A DNA stretch of 64,000 bases from Narcine bancroftii. Lineage: Eukaryota. Positions 11,321 through 24,500 of this stretch are shown here, piece after piece. The position numbers were made by a program, and so were the translations under genes. The stretch covers positions 72,912,001 through 72,976,000 of the forward strand of contig NC_091481.1 in the NCBI RefSeq assembly GCF_036971445.1, given 5' to 3'. The notes under the pieces are model-generated. The model did no database searches and was not told the origin of the DNA. It worked only from the letters and a program-made list of their open reading frames with translations. Positions within the stretch are counted from its first letter, which is position 1. Each line of letters starts with the position of its first letter.

Positions 11321-11715
11321 TGACGTGCGCGGTGCCGGCCACTATGCGTGCTGACGTCACCGAGGTATGTGCGCACTGAGGTCACGCGTCACTGGCAGTG
11401 GACAGTAAGTCGCTCTGTCAGAAGGGCCGGGAGTGGGCGGTGGGGGGAACACAGGAGCCCGCTGGAGCTGGGAGCGGGTGGTGGGGGGAGGTCGGGGGGG
11501 GGGGCGAGGGGAACACAGGAGCCCGCTGGAGCTGGAGCTGGGGCCGGGAGGGCTGAGGTGGATCGGAAGGAAGCCACATCCGGCCCCAATCGTTCCCCAA
11601 GGGCCGGGAGGCTGTGCGCAGGCGCAGTGGGTAGCAGCCACGGGCGCACAGCACGATCCCACCGATAGCGCGGGGCTGACGTCAGACCAGCGTCTAGGTC
11701 CAGCACTGTGGTGAG
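11310..11715 (+). promoter_or_regulatory. NUCB1: NUCB1 CpG-island promoter with candidate non-coding first exon(s)
   Basis: GCCACGT 11314-11320, TGACGTG 11321-11327, perfect CREs TGACGTCA at 11352-11359 and 11677-11684, CCAAT 11586-11590, NRF1-like TGCGCAGGCGCA 11615-11626. Donors after 11404 (GTAAGT) and 11710 (GTGAGG). Confidence 0.65.
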
Positions 11716-12414
11716 GTCCCCCATCCTAGGGGATCCCTCATTGGGGAAGAACCCTCGCATAGGGAGGTCCCTCACCCCAGGGGATCCTTCACAAGGGATG
11801 CCCCTCTTACATGGGAGATCCTTTGGAAAGGGATGTCTCTCACAGGTCCTTCAGGGATGGTATCTCTCACAGAGAAGTTCCCTCATGGGTGAATCCTCGT
11901 GGGGAGGGCCTTATGAAGATCTCTCATGGAGAGATCCCTCACCAGGGGATGTCTCTCATGGGGAGATCATTTACCCCAGGGGGAGATCCCTCCAAGCAAT
12001 CTGTAACTGAGGGAGATGCCTTATGGGGGAGATCCTTCTCTGGGTGTATTCCACTCCCCCCCACCGTGTTGATTTTCCAGATCTGTAGCATGTTCAACTT
12101 GTTCTCCCAACCAGTTTGTGCATTCCCCCCCCCTCCCCCTGTGTTTGGGCACTACCCTCCATCTGTTCTGACTGTGTTTGGTTACTACCCTCCCCCCACC
12201 CCTGGCTGGAGTCTGCTACCAACCCCCCCCCCTCTCCTCTCCACCTTGTTTGGGCACTGGCCTCCTGTTCACCCTGAAATCTGATGGTGCAGAGTAAGCA
12301 GGAACCTCTATGACAGCAGAGATGCTGGGGTAAGTAACTCTAGTGTTCGTTGTTGTGGGTGGTGATGTAATGAGATCCACTCCTTTTTATCTCAGGTAAC
12401 CGTTGGCTGGGTTG

Positions 12415-12519
12415 ATGGAGCTCTGGTGGCTCCCTGTTGCTCTCTTTCTGTCAGTTTCTGCTGTGCCCATCGACAGGTCAAAGAAGACAGAAGAGAAGCA
12501 GATCAAACCAGAGTCACTG
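12415..12519 (+). CDS. NUCB1: NUCB1 coding exon 1: signal peptide [16 protein letters not shown] / VPIDRSKK...
   Basis: Acceptor ttttatctcAG ending at 12395, ATG at 12415, nucleobindin mature N-terminus VPID, donor CTG|GTGGGT. Confidence 0.88.
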
Positions 12520-15500
12520 GTGGGTGTGGGATTGTATGTAACCGTGTGCTTTATGCAATGAATGGGAGTGCGATTCAGTGAACACTGTTTGAGTGTGGCA
12601 GGCTGTTTTTCTCATCAGTCCTCTTTCTTCATCACCTATCCCACAGCAGAGTTTTTACTGTATATACTTAATACCATGTAATAGTGAAACCCCCCCCCCC
12701 ACCTTTTTTGGCTCAAAATAGACTTTTTGTATGACCTGTGCAAAAATCAGCCCACCCCATCTTTGGCCCTGACCACTTGCCTATCTGAGCTCCTGACCAC
12801 TGGCCCATCCGAACTCCCGACGCTCTGACCGCTGACTTTCACCCGGTCCTGCCCATCGGAGCACCTGACACCTTGAACAACGCAGGAACTTCATGAGGTC
12901 AAGAGTTTGAACTGTGTAAATATCGATTTCCCCCCCCCACTTTTTGGTCTGAAAAGGTGGTCCAAAAATCGACGATTACTCGAGTATATACCATATATCG
13001 CCATTAGCTTTGATTCATTTTGCCATTAGGGCAGCACATTTGGCATAGCGCAACACTGTTTCAGCGCCATTGATTAGGACCGGGGTTCGAATCCCGCGCG
13101 ATTTGTAAGGAATTTGTACATTCTCACCGTGTCTGCATGGGTTTTCCCTGGGGTCTCCAGTTTCCTCCGACTATTCGAAATGCACTGGGGTTTTTAGGTT
13201 AATTGGATATAATTGGGCAACACGGGGCCATGGGCTGAAATGGTCGGTTACCATGATGTATGTCTAAATAAATTAACATGCATCAAGAGGTCATTTGAAA
13301 TAGCTAACATATCATTGGGATGAGGGAGGAGGTCAGATACTAATCCGATTGCAGAAACGTGCAAGCTCAATGCAGATGGGGCTTGAGGCTGGGATTGAAT
13401 CCATGTCCTTGGAGCTGTCGGGCAGTATGCCTCTGTGGTGCCTCCAGGCCACTGACCAATGCTGAACCACAGCTGAATCTGGGCAGCATCTCTGCCTCCA
13501 CAGATGCTGTCTGACCCGTTGAGTTCCTCCACAGTTGTTTTATGTTCAAAATAACCACAGCGCACAATTAGCATTGGGGTAGCAGGGCGCTATAACAGGG
13601 CCAGTGACTTTGGTTCAAATCCAGCGCTGTCTGTAAGGAGTTTGTACCTTCTCCCCGTGTCTGTGTGGGTTTTCCCTGGTTTCATTCCACCTTACAAAAC
13701 CTCTGGGGTTGTTAATTTGGGTGTAATTGGGCTGTACGGTTTTAAATGGCCAGAATTGCTGTGGAGTAAATTTTTAAAAATCCTAAATATGTGTGTGTTT
13801 CAAGGGAAGGACCCATGATTATGATGTCACGTATCCATTCTGACAGTAAATCTGAATCTTGTTCCTAGTTTATGTTATTCTACAACTGGAAGACACAGGT
13901 TTAAGGCGAGAGGGATGAGCCTTAAGAGGGACCATGGAGGAACATTTTCACTCAGAGGGAAGTCTGTATCAGGAACAAGATGTTAGAGGAAACTTATGGA
14001 AGAGGATATACAATGATACATTGAAAAGATTTTTGGATAGGTTTATGGATAGGCAGAGCGTAGCAGGACTATGGACGAAATGAAGGCAAATGGCAAATTG
14101 CCCAGAATGCTAACTTGATTGGTATGGACAAGGTGAGCTGATGACTGAGTTGTAAAAGGCTGAACAATCACCTTATCTAAATTATTAGAGAAAAACAGTG
14201 AGAGATCAGATGAGCTGGGATTTTGCAGCAGTTTTCACTATAACCTCCCAAAAATTGCTGGAATCTGAGATTGGAAGGGAAAGGGGAACTTCAGAACATT
14301 ACAATCATCAGGGATGTGATGGTGAGCAGTTGAAGCAGTCGGCTGACAGGTCTCTGGGTCCTGACCTCATCCAGGTGCCTTAATAAAAAGGTCTAGTTGA
14401 CAGGATGGCTTTAATTCTTCAAAATTTCCAAGATTCATGAGAAGTTCCATTAGATTGGAAAATAACAATTGTGTGTCCTTAATTCTAAAGGTGGGGATGG
14501 ATGGGAGGGGAGAGAAACAAGAAAAACAGTACACATTAGGCCAGTCAGTTTAGCATCTGTCATAGGGACTAATTTAAAAACAAATGTAGCAGAGGTCATG
14601 ACAGGATACTTGAGGATCAAATCAACATGGTTTCTTTGAAGAAGCAGCAAGTACTCTGGATGAATGGGAACTAGTGGCTTTGCAAAGGGCATTTGTTGAG
14701 GTGCTATGTCAGCTTATTGCGATCTTGGTGTGGACCGAAATGGATAGAAGATTGGTTGGCTAACAAGAAACTATGCCTAAATGTGCCTTGTTCTGGTTGG
14801 CGCAAGTGGTGTGTTGCCAGGAACAGTGCTGAGGCCTCAAAATTTACAACTTATGTGAATAACTTGGAAGGAAGATACAAGTTACAATTGCAAAATTTTC
14901 TGATGAAGAAAGTTGTGAGGGGTCATTGGGAGGCTATAGAGCACACATGTCAAACTCTGGCCCGCGGGCCAATTATATTTGGCCCGCAAGATCATATCAA
15001 AAATGTATTAGAGGTGGCCCGCTGGCCGCCGCGCCAGTATAGCGCATGCACAGTAACCGCTGTGTCCCAGGGTGAGAGAGAGAGAGAGAAAAATCCTGGT
15101 CCTTGAAAAGTAGTGGTGGGTGGTTTTATAAACACGCTGTCGTGTCCCCCCGCCCACCCCCCACCGCAGCGCGGCCTGGCCGGTGTCAGGGGAAGCCAAG
15201 GCCACTTCCCAGCGCCCGGAACCCCAGTGGCACAGCGTTACTTGGAGCTGCAGATGGAGTCGGGACGCCGGAGGGAAGATTGGGGCTCCCCGCCGGGCGA
15301 TGGGGGCGCTGGCCGCCCTGCGCCTTCCCACCTGACCAGCGGCGGGTGCCCGGAGTACAAGTGCCCAGAGTACAAGTGCCCGGAGTACAAGCGAGGCTGG
15401 TCGGGCAGGTAGGGTGGAACCCCCCCCCCGCCAATGTTGGGAGTGGCGTGGGCTGGATCGGGATTAGCCGCGCTCACCTGCTCCTCCACTGCTGACCAGG

Positions 15501-18500
15501 ATCCCAGCGCGGTCCTGAGTGCGGAGACTGCCTTGGAAAGGTCCTGGGACACCGGCACGGAAAGAAGAGCAGGGTCCGTAGAACATTACAGATCAGAAAC
15601 AGACCCTTTGGCCCTTTGACTCTACCTCGTGAAAACCCAACACTGGAGAAACTCAGCGGGTTAAACCGTATCCTTTATCCAGCAGAGAGGTACCTGACAA
15701 TGTTTGGCCCTTGATCCCCCTCATCAATGTATGAGCGAAAGTCTGTAGTTCTCGTAAAAACACCAGAAGGGAGAAACTCAGCAGGTCAAAGGGGGTCCGG
15801 GAGAAACTCAGCAGGTCAAAGGGGGATCCGGGAGAAACTCAGCAGGTCAAAGGGGGGTCCGAGAGAAACTCAGCAGGTCAAGGGGGAGGGGTCCGGGAGA
15901 AACTCAGCAGGTCAAGGGGGGTCCGGCAGAAACTCAGCAGGTCAAGGGGGGTCCGGGAGAAACTCAGCAGGTCAAGGGGGGTCCGGCAGAAACTCAGGGG
16001 GGCCTGACCTCGCCAGGACCGTTGCCCACTCCCCCTCCCTGTCGCAGGCCGACCCGCGACTCACGGTGACGGGGCCGCTGATCCGCCGAGATGCTGCCCT
16101 GCAGCGAGAGCTGATGCCCCCGCACTGTCGTTGTCCAACCCGATCGCCCGCAAACCCCGCCCTCCCGCACACAGGCCTGAGTAAGTATTATGAACTTTAA
16201 TCTCAGGATAAAATTATCTTCCAATAGTTTCATGTCACAGTGATAAATATATTCCTGGTTAAAAATGGTCCTGCACCTGGATACAAGCTCATTAGGCATA
16301 AAACTTGAAAAGTGTGTAAATCAAAGGATATCTGTACCAATGGAAAAAGGGCATGGCAAATAACCCTGCTAGAGTTCATGCCCACAATCAGTCACCCATT
16401 TGATTGTTTCAGGAATCACGTTATTCTCCCACATTCTCAATAGCCCTCAGATTTTACTATTGGACAGCACACTAGCAACATTTGACAAATCCTCTATAGA
16501 GAAATATTATTTATTGAATATTTTATTTCTCATTTGTTAATGCTTCTGGAAAGAGTTTATCCAAAATTATTATTAAACATTTATTTTAATAAGAAAAAGT
16601 TTAACATTACATATGTTGAAAGAAGAGAAAACATGCAGATGTTGTTGAAAATTTTCAATAAATATTTAGTTCGGCCCTCGACTTAATCCAAGTTTTTAAT
16701 TTTGGCCCTCGGTGAATTTGAGTTTGACACCCCTGCTATAGAGGAATAGAAATAGGTGAAATGAGTGTGCAAATTCATTAATGGAGGTAAATGTGAAATT
16801 ATCCACTTTGGCAGGAAAAGTAAAACGGGAAGCGATTCACTAATTGGCAAGAAGTTGTGGAGCTTGAGATACAGGAGGCATTGGGGTTGTGCTTGATTTG
16901 GAGAGCAGTAAATGCTTTTGTTTATTGGGAGGGAAATTGAATACTAAAACAGAGAGATTATATCTGTTATATAGGTCAAGGTGAGATCTCGCCTGGAAAA
17001 TTGTTGTAGATTTCATATTTAAGGAAATGATGTTGAAGCATTGAAATAAGTCTAGGGAAAGTTTGTTCAACCTGCATCTGGAATGAATGGGTTTTATAAG
17101 GAAAAGTTAAACTCCTTAACTTCATGAAAAGACAGAACTGCCAGAGGAACTCAGCCCGTTTTGTAGCATCCAGAGGAGGTAAAGATATGTAACCAATGTT
17201 TTGGGCCTGAGCCTTCTTGCAGGGCGTACCTTAAGGAGGAGTTCAGGCCCGAAACATCAGTCATGTATATCTTTACCTCCTCTGGGTGCTGCGAGATTGG
17301 CTGAGTTCCTCCAGCATTTCTACATTTTGACTACAATCACATCTGTGGACTTTTGCTTTTCAACCCAACTTAGCCTTTTATCTGTTGGAATTCAGAGAGT
17401 AGTTGAAATGTAGAAGGGTCTTGACAGAGTGGAGTAAAGAGGATGTTTCTCCTTCTGGGAATCAAAAAAAAGGGGTCACTGTTTAAATACAGGGAGTTAT
17501 CCACATATGTCCATTTTATTCTCTCAGGAGGCCATGAGTCTCCATCTCAAAGGTTCATTATTATCTGATTAATGTTAGGGTAGATTTTGATAGATCTTTG
17601 ACAAGCAAGGGGTTGAAACGTTACTGGAATATAATTTTGGGTTACATTCAGATCAACCATGGATGCACGTACTCTGGTTCTCGAGGCTGCTGCTGGTCTT
17701 CCTGGGGATCAGAACACCCTAAAGTCCATTGAAGCCATGGCTGTACTTTGAGTAATGGTGTCTCCAGATATCATCCACAAACTGACAACATTTGCAAACT
17801 GCTGTAGGCCAGTCACTGTAGTTGAAGAACATGAACTGATTTCAGTAATAAAAGCTTTCATTAACCTCTGGCAGCCATATCATCTCAGGGGTAAGAATTG
17901 CACATTTCTGTTCCCTTTATGGAAGAATTGCTTTTGTGACCTAGCTTAGAGCTAAGTCATTGACATTTTGTTGAACCAGATTCCATCCGTTTCCCCTGTC
18001 GACAACTCTATAACCTTTGTCGACACATCAATAAGATCAGCCCTTTGATTTTCCTCATTTTTGGAAATTGCTTATTAAAACATTGCACCCTCAGTTCCAG
18101 AATCTTCCAGAAGCTCACCACTTTTCTCCTCATCTTGCATGCTGTCCTGTCATCATCTTGGATCAAATTGGGTGGTCTCACAGCAGCCCCAAGGACCTTA
18201 ACCTGTTACAGTTTTGTCTATTGATTGACTTTTCTAATTCCTCCCATAATAGTCCTTCTCCCTTCACGTGATTTATTTTTATATATGTACTGCATATAAT
18301 GAACATGATAAACAAAATGCTGCTCACAGAGTTTCCTACTTCTGATTATACCATTGCCTTTGACCTTGCTGCCTGATCTGATCTGGTGCAGGACACCGGA
18401 TTGTATTATGATCGCTACCTCCGTGAAGTGATCGATGTCCTGGAGACCGACACCCACTTCCGTGAGAAGTTACAGACGGCCAATGTGGAAGATATTAAGG

Positions 18501-21500
18501 TCAGTGGGAGGGTCAAGTGGAGGGGAACTGGATGTGGGTGAAATTTTGGGTGCTCTGACCCTGGATCCAAGCTCTGATTTTAACACTGGCCCTGAGAGGG
18601 TAAGGATCAGGACCCAAGTCAAAGTGGGAAAGAGAATCTCAGGGAGAGTGGAGTTTGAGGTTCAGATATTGATAGATTCTTAATTAGTCAGAGCATCAAA
18701 GTTATGGGGAGAAAACCAGGCAGTGGGGCTGAATGGGAACATGAATCAGCTCATGATTAATGGCAGGACAAACTTGATGGGCTGAATTTCTGCTCCTATG
18801 TTGTGGTCTTGTGGGATAACAATTAAGGGTCTAGAGTAGTGTATGAAAAGGTTTGCTAAAGGAAAAAAAGGTGATTTGAGGGGGAGGGGGAAAGAACGAG
18901 AATCGCATCCAAAGGAATGTAGGTTCTGCAAAAGATGGTGAAATTGCAAACAGGGGCATTGTGCCTGGAGTTGTCAGTGAGTTGAGGTTGGATTGAGGCA
19001 GGTTGTTGGAATCTTGAATAGGAATTGGGGTAAATCTGTTCTAGGATATTGGGATAATACCCGAGGTCACGTCGTGGTGGTGCCCGAGGTCACGTCAGGG
19101 TGGTGCCTGAGGTCACGTCCTTGTGGGTAGGGCATTGGGTGAGTGGAGATTGGGAAGAGTGAAGAAATGGGGATTGGGGGAAATCAGTAGGCTGGGTGCT
19201 GGGTCTGATTGGGTGAGGAGGGTGTGGGCCGGCTCCCTGACTGGTGATTCCCTCGTCATTGAAGCCTTCCTTCTCCAGAGTGGAAAGCTGAGTACGGAGC
19301 TGGACTTTGTCAGCCACCACATCAGAACCAAGCTCGATGAGCTGAAGCGACAGGAGGTGTCCAGGCTGCGGATGCTGATCAAGGCAAAGATGGACGCTGA
19401 GCAGGGAGAGAGTAAGAACAAGTTGTTATCGCTCAACTGTTGTCAGGGTGGGGAGGGTCAAGGTGTGAATGCTGACTGTTTGAACCCACTGACTCCTTAA
19501 AGGGTGGAAATGTGATATGGTGCGAGATAACAACCTGAGTCTCAACGTGGACAAGTCAAGTTTATTGTCATCTGATTGTATAAGTACAACCCAACGAAAC
19601 TGTGTTCTGCCCATGGTGCAACACACGCAGACACACAATCAGACATAACACACATACAGACAAACAATATATATTTTCAGGATAAATAAATAAATAAATA
19701 TTGCTTTGTGAATATTCAAGTCTTGGAGGGTTAGTGTGAGCTTTTCCTTTGGTCGTTCAGCATTCTCACTGCCTGGGAAGAAGATGTTCCTCAGCCTGGC
19801 GGAGCTGGCGCTGATATTCTTGTATCTCCTTCCCAATAGGAACAGCTGAAAGATGCTGTGTGCAGGGTGGAAGGGCTCCTTGATGATTTTGCGTGTCCTC
19901 TTCAGATAATGATCCCAGTAGATCACGTCAGGGGGCGGGGGGGGAGGGTGGGGGTGGAGGGGTGGAGGGAGACTCCAGTGATGCTTTCTGCCACTCTTGT
20001 GGTCCTGTGGATTGACCTCCAATCCATTTCTCTGCAGCAGCCATACCACACTGTGATGCAACCGGTCAGGATGCTCTCGATAGAGCTCCTGTAGACTTGC
20101 CTGCTTCAGACAAAGGAGATGATCATGGATTTCGAGAGGACCAGGAATGACCACTACACATTAATAACTGTAGTGGAGAGAGTAGAGAGCACCAAGTTCC
20201 TTGGAGTTCACAACTAGTGACCTATCTCTTCAGTTGTCAGGAAAGCACAACAGCAACTTCACTTCCTGAGAAGACTGAAACGGGCAAGGCTACCAGCCAC
20301 CATCAAGTCAGCTTTCTACATAAGCTCTATCAAGAGCGTCCTGGCTGGCTGCATCACAGTGTGGTAAGGTGGTTATGGAGAAATGGATCGGAGATCAATC
20401 CACAGGACTGTGAGATTGCCAGAGAGGATCACTGGAGTCTCCCGCCCCCCATCAACATGATCTACTGGGATTGTTGTCTGAAGAGGATGCACAAAATCAT
20501 TGAGGTCCCCTTCCAACTTGCACACAGCATCTTTCAGCTGCTCCCATTGGGGAAGAGATACAGGAGGATCAGAGCCAACACCACCAGGCTGAGGAACGGC
20601 TACTTTTCATGGACAATGAGAATGCTGAATGACCAAAGGAACTGCTCACACTGACCCTCTCTCCTATTTACTGAACAATGTCTATTTAATTACTTTGATA
20701 GAGGTATATTTGTCCTGTGTATGTATTTGTATGTATGTGTGTGTTATATCTACTTGTGTGTCTGCCTGTCTTTCACTGAGATCCAGAGAACGCTGTTTCG
20801 TCAGGTTGTACTTGTGCAGTCGGATGATAATAAACTTGAACTTGGAAAACCATCAATTAGCAGTAAATCACAGAGCACAAATCTGTCGGCTTTGTGAAAC
20901 TCTAACGAACTCCTCATTCTTTCTGCCTCATCCCACTGCTCCCCCGCCTCAGATGTGCAGATTGACCACCTGAACCTACTGAAGCAGATTGAACATCTGG
21001 ATCCAAAGAATGCCCATTCCTTTGAGGCTCGAGACTTGGAGTTGTTGATCCAAGCGGTGGGTGAGCCCTCCGCCATGGGGAATCGGTGCAGCTGCGTCCT
21101 GTAGCCCTGTGTTTGGAGGGGAAGGTGACTACAGAGGAAGGGCAGAGGGTTTCTGGTGTTTGTGGGTTTATGGATGGGGCTAAGCAGTGACTGATGATGA
21201 ACTGTGGTTTTTGCTTATCTGGGGAGGGTGGGGGCTTTGGCTGGGCAGGGACATGGGACACTATTCTTCCCTCTCTCCCCCCCACCCCCCCCCCCCCCCA
21301 CCATGCAATAACACAAGGCACTGATCTGGTTCTGTAGGCCACCAGGGACCTGGAACACTATGACCAAGCCCACCATGAAGAGTTCAAACGGTATGAGATG
21401 TTGAAAGAGCACGAGAGGCGTGAGTACCTTAAATCTCTGGACGAGGAGAAGCGCAGAGACGCAGAGGTCCGATTCCAGCAGATGAAGCAGAAACACAAGG

Positions 21501-24500
21501 AACATCCAAAAGTGAATGTGCCGGTGAGGGCAGAGGGTACAGAATCATGTGGGATGGGATGGTATGGACTTTCATCTGAGTGGGAGAGGGGGAGGAGCAT
21601 TCACACCGAACCTTGCTTTCTGATCGGGTGAGAAACACAAATGATTGCCAGCCTCTAATCTTGTATCCAAAGTACTGATTAATACACAGAATACCCACCA
21701 CTCATGCAGACCAATCTTTTTACTCTGTTCAAATGCCCAGTCTCTCACTTGGGGTCCTTTCCATTCTTAGCTTATCTCTCCTGCCCTCCTGTCCTCGTCG
21801 ACCTATGGTCCCCTGTCCGCAGCCACCCGTGGTCCCCTGTCCACGGCCACCCATGGTCCCCTGTCCAAGGACACCCGTGGTCCCTTGTCCGCGGCCACCT
21901 ATCCATGTCTACCTCTATCCCTGTGCTCTTCCTTCCCACACCTTTTTATTCAGCCACCTGCCTGCTTTTTGTTCATACCTTGATGAGGGGTTTGAAATGA
22001 GGTGGTGGTGTTCACTGTCCTGACATTTGCTCTCACTTTAGGGAAGTCGGGACCAGCTGAAGGAGGTGTGGGAGGAAAGCGATGGGCTCGACCCCAATGA
22101 ATTCAATCCAAGAACTTTCTTCAAGCTGCATGGTAAGTTTCATGGGCCTCCCTACCCTATCCCATCCTATCCCACTCCACCCTACCCCGCCCCAAAACAT
22201 CCAACCACCCCCTGTGGCCAGGCCCTCTGACTTCCCTCTTTCTCTACCCCTGCTCCGTTATATAGTCTCCCATGATCATGGCATGACCCCTATTCCATTG
22301 TTATTGTTCTACTCCAACCTCATAGATCTAATTATGCCAGTGGTTCTTAACCTTTTAACCACTCACATACCTCCTTAAGTAATCCCTTACTAAGCACAGA
22401 GGATGCCATAGGTGCTCTGTGGTTAGTAAGGGATTACTTAAGATGGAATGTGAATGGAAAAAATGGTTGTGAACCACTGATCTATGCCCCCTCCCCCCAC
22501 AAACCCCATCACCCTCTTTCACCAATTCAACACCCACCGTCCAGGATCTGTGTAGCTCTTCCCCGACCTCTCATATCACCTAAGATCCTTCTGTGACCCC
22601 TAACTCCATACTACCCAACGTAATGTTCACTAAGACCTTCCCCAGTGTCATTGTTCCTCCAACTACATCTGCCCCTCTCCCCCCATGACAGATCTCTGTT
22701 CATAAATCTCACTGAGCACTTCCTCAAACTGTTCCTTTTGCAGATACAAACAATGATGGTGTGTTGGATGAACAAGAGCTTGAAGCTCTGTTTACTAAAG
22801 AGGTGAGGGGCTGAACCTTTGATCTGTTGTCCAGGGATGGTGTGCATTGATTCTGGTGTCCTGAACAAGTTCACCAGTCGTGTGTGTTGGTGGCAGTGCA
22901 TGTGATTGCTGAGAGCTGCACCCTGTCACAGTACATTGAGCTCACTGACTCCTGGGTGACACAGTCACTGTGTTGAGGCCTGTAAATAATGTTTAGTTGC
23001 TTTTGAGAGAGATTAAGACAGCCTCTCCTCACTATGCAAGCCTCCCCTCTCTTCCTCCCCCTGAGTCTTGTTTTCCTAATTACTATATATCCTGAAACTT
23101 ATAAAATGTCATCTTAAAATCGAGTCATCCAATATGAAGGCTATAAAATTCTTCCCATTATGATGAAGTCACTGTCTTCCCGCTGGCTCCGGTGTCATCT
23201 CGCGTATGCCCCGTTAGTTATTTGCAAAGTCTCAGTGCTGCCATCCGCCCAGTCCGACTTGTATCGACTCTGTACAGGCTTTAAACAGCCTGTTACTGGA
23301 GCCAATGGTGGTTTATTTTAAAATATTCAAATAAAATGTAAACCTTTACAAGGTAATTTGATTTGGCTTTTAACACCATCAACTGGTCAGCGGTCAGTAC
23401 CAGATTCAGGGTGAGGGGGAGTGGTGCGTGTTATACGAGCATTGCTCAAAACCAACATTTTATGTGGAAATTTTGGGGTTGTCCGATACAAAGTCGTCCT
23501 AGATAACGGCATTTTGGTGATTTTTATAGTCAGGTTGTCTCTGGCAAGGCCTGGGCTTCTTGACCTGCCCTAGTTGTCTGTGCACTGAGTGGCTCACTCA
23601 GCCATTTCAAAGGCATTAAAGAGTCACTGACATTGGGTGTGTGTGGAGTCACTGTAAAACCATCAAGCTTCTTCCTCAAGGACATTAACGAACCTAGTAG
23701 ATTTTTGCAGCAGTCAAATAATTCTTAAGATCAAGGTTACAAATTTTTTTCCAAACTCCATAGAACACTGCTGCATAGAAAACAGGCAATTTGGCCCTTC
23801 TTGTCAGCACCGAAGACATACTGCTAGTCCCACTGACCTACACCCATTCCATAATCCTCCAGACCTCTCCCATCCATGTATCTATTTTTTAAACTTTGGA
23901 GTGACCCCGCATTTATTAAATGATTATTAACTAAATGTAAAATCCCCAGTTCCCATGAGGGTACTTGAACGCTCGATTGTTTGTCCTCTGGAGAACTGGC
24001 CTGGTTTTTTAACTGCTGTGGTACCATCATACCCCAGTGAATTGATGGCACCTTTCAGCTGGGTGATTTTCCAATTGGTAGACAAGCAACATCTCAGCAC
24101 GGTTAGCAAGGCAACACGGGCAGCATGGTTAACACAATGTTATTACAGTGCCAGCGACCAGAGTTTGAATGCCGCGTTGTCTGTAAGGAGTTTGTACGTT
24201 TTTCTTGTGTCTGCGTGGGTTTTCCCTGGGTGCTCCAATTTCCTCCCACTGTTCAAAATGCACCAGAGTTGTAGGTCAATTGGATGTAATTGTGGGCAGC
24301 ACGGGCCGAAAGGGTTGGTTACTGTGCTATATAACCATATAACCATTTACGGAGCGGAAACAGGCCATGTTGGCCTTTCGAGTCCGCTCCGGTTCACTGA
24401 TTTTGTGCGCCCTCTTCATTGATTTCTTGTACTGCCTGGCATGAGGCCTGCAGTTCTTTGAGAGAGTTGGCTGCTTTCTCCAAAAAATTCATTCCTCAAG

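Larger units (their letters stand above)
14200..17650 (+). mobile_element. Old degenerate CR1 LINE, interrupted by a hAT element and Penelope termini
   Basis: Remnant motifs such as [18 protein letters not shown] and IIHFGRK in collinear order. Confidence 0.6.

Noticed and set aside
13028-13100. tRNA-like A/B boxes
   Set aside because: Head of a multi-copy SINE; no cloverleaf.
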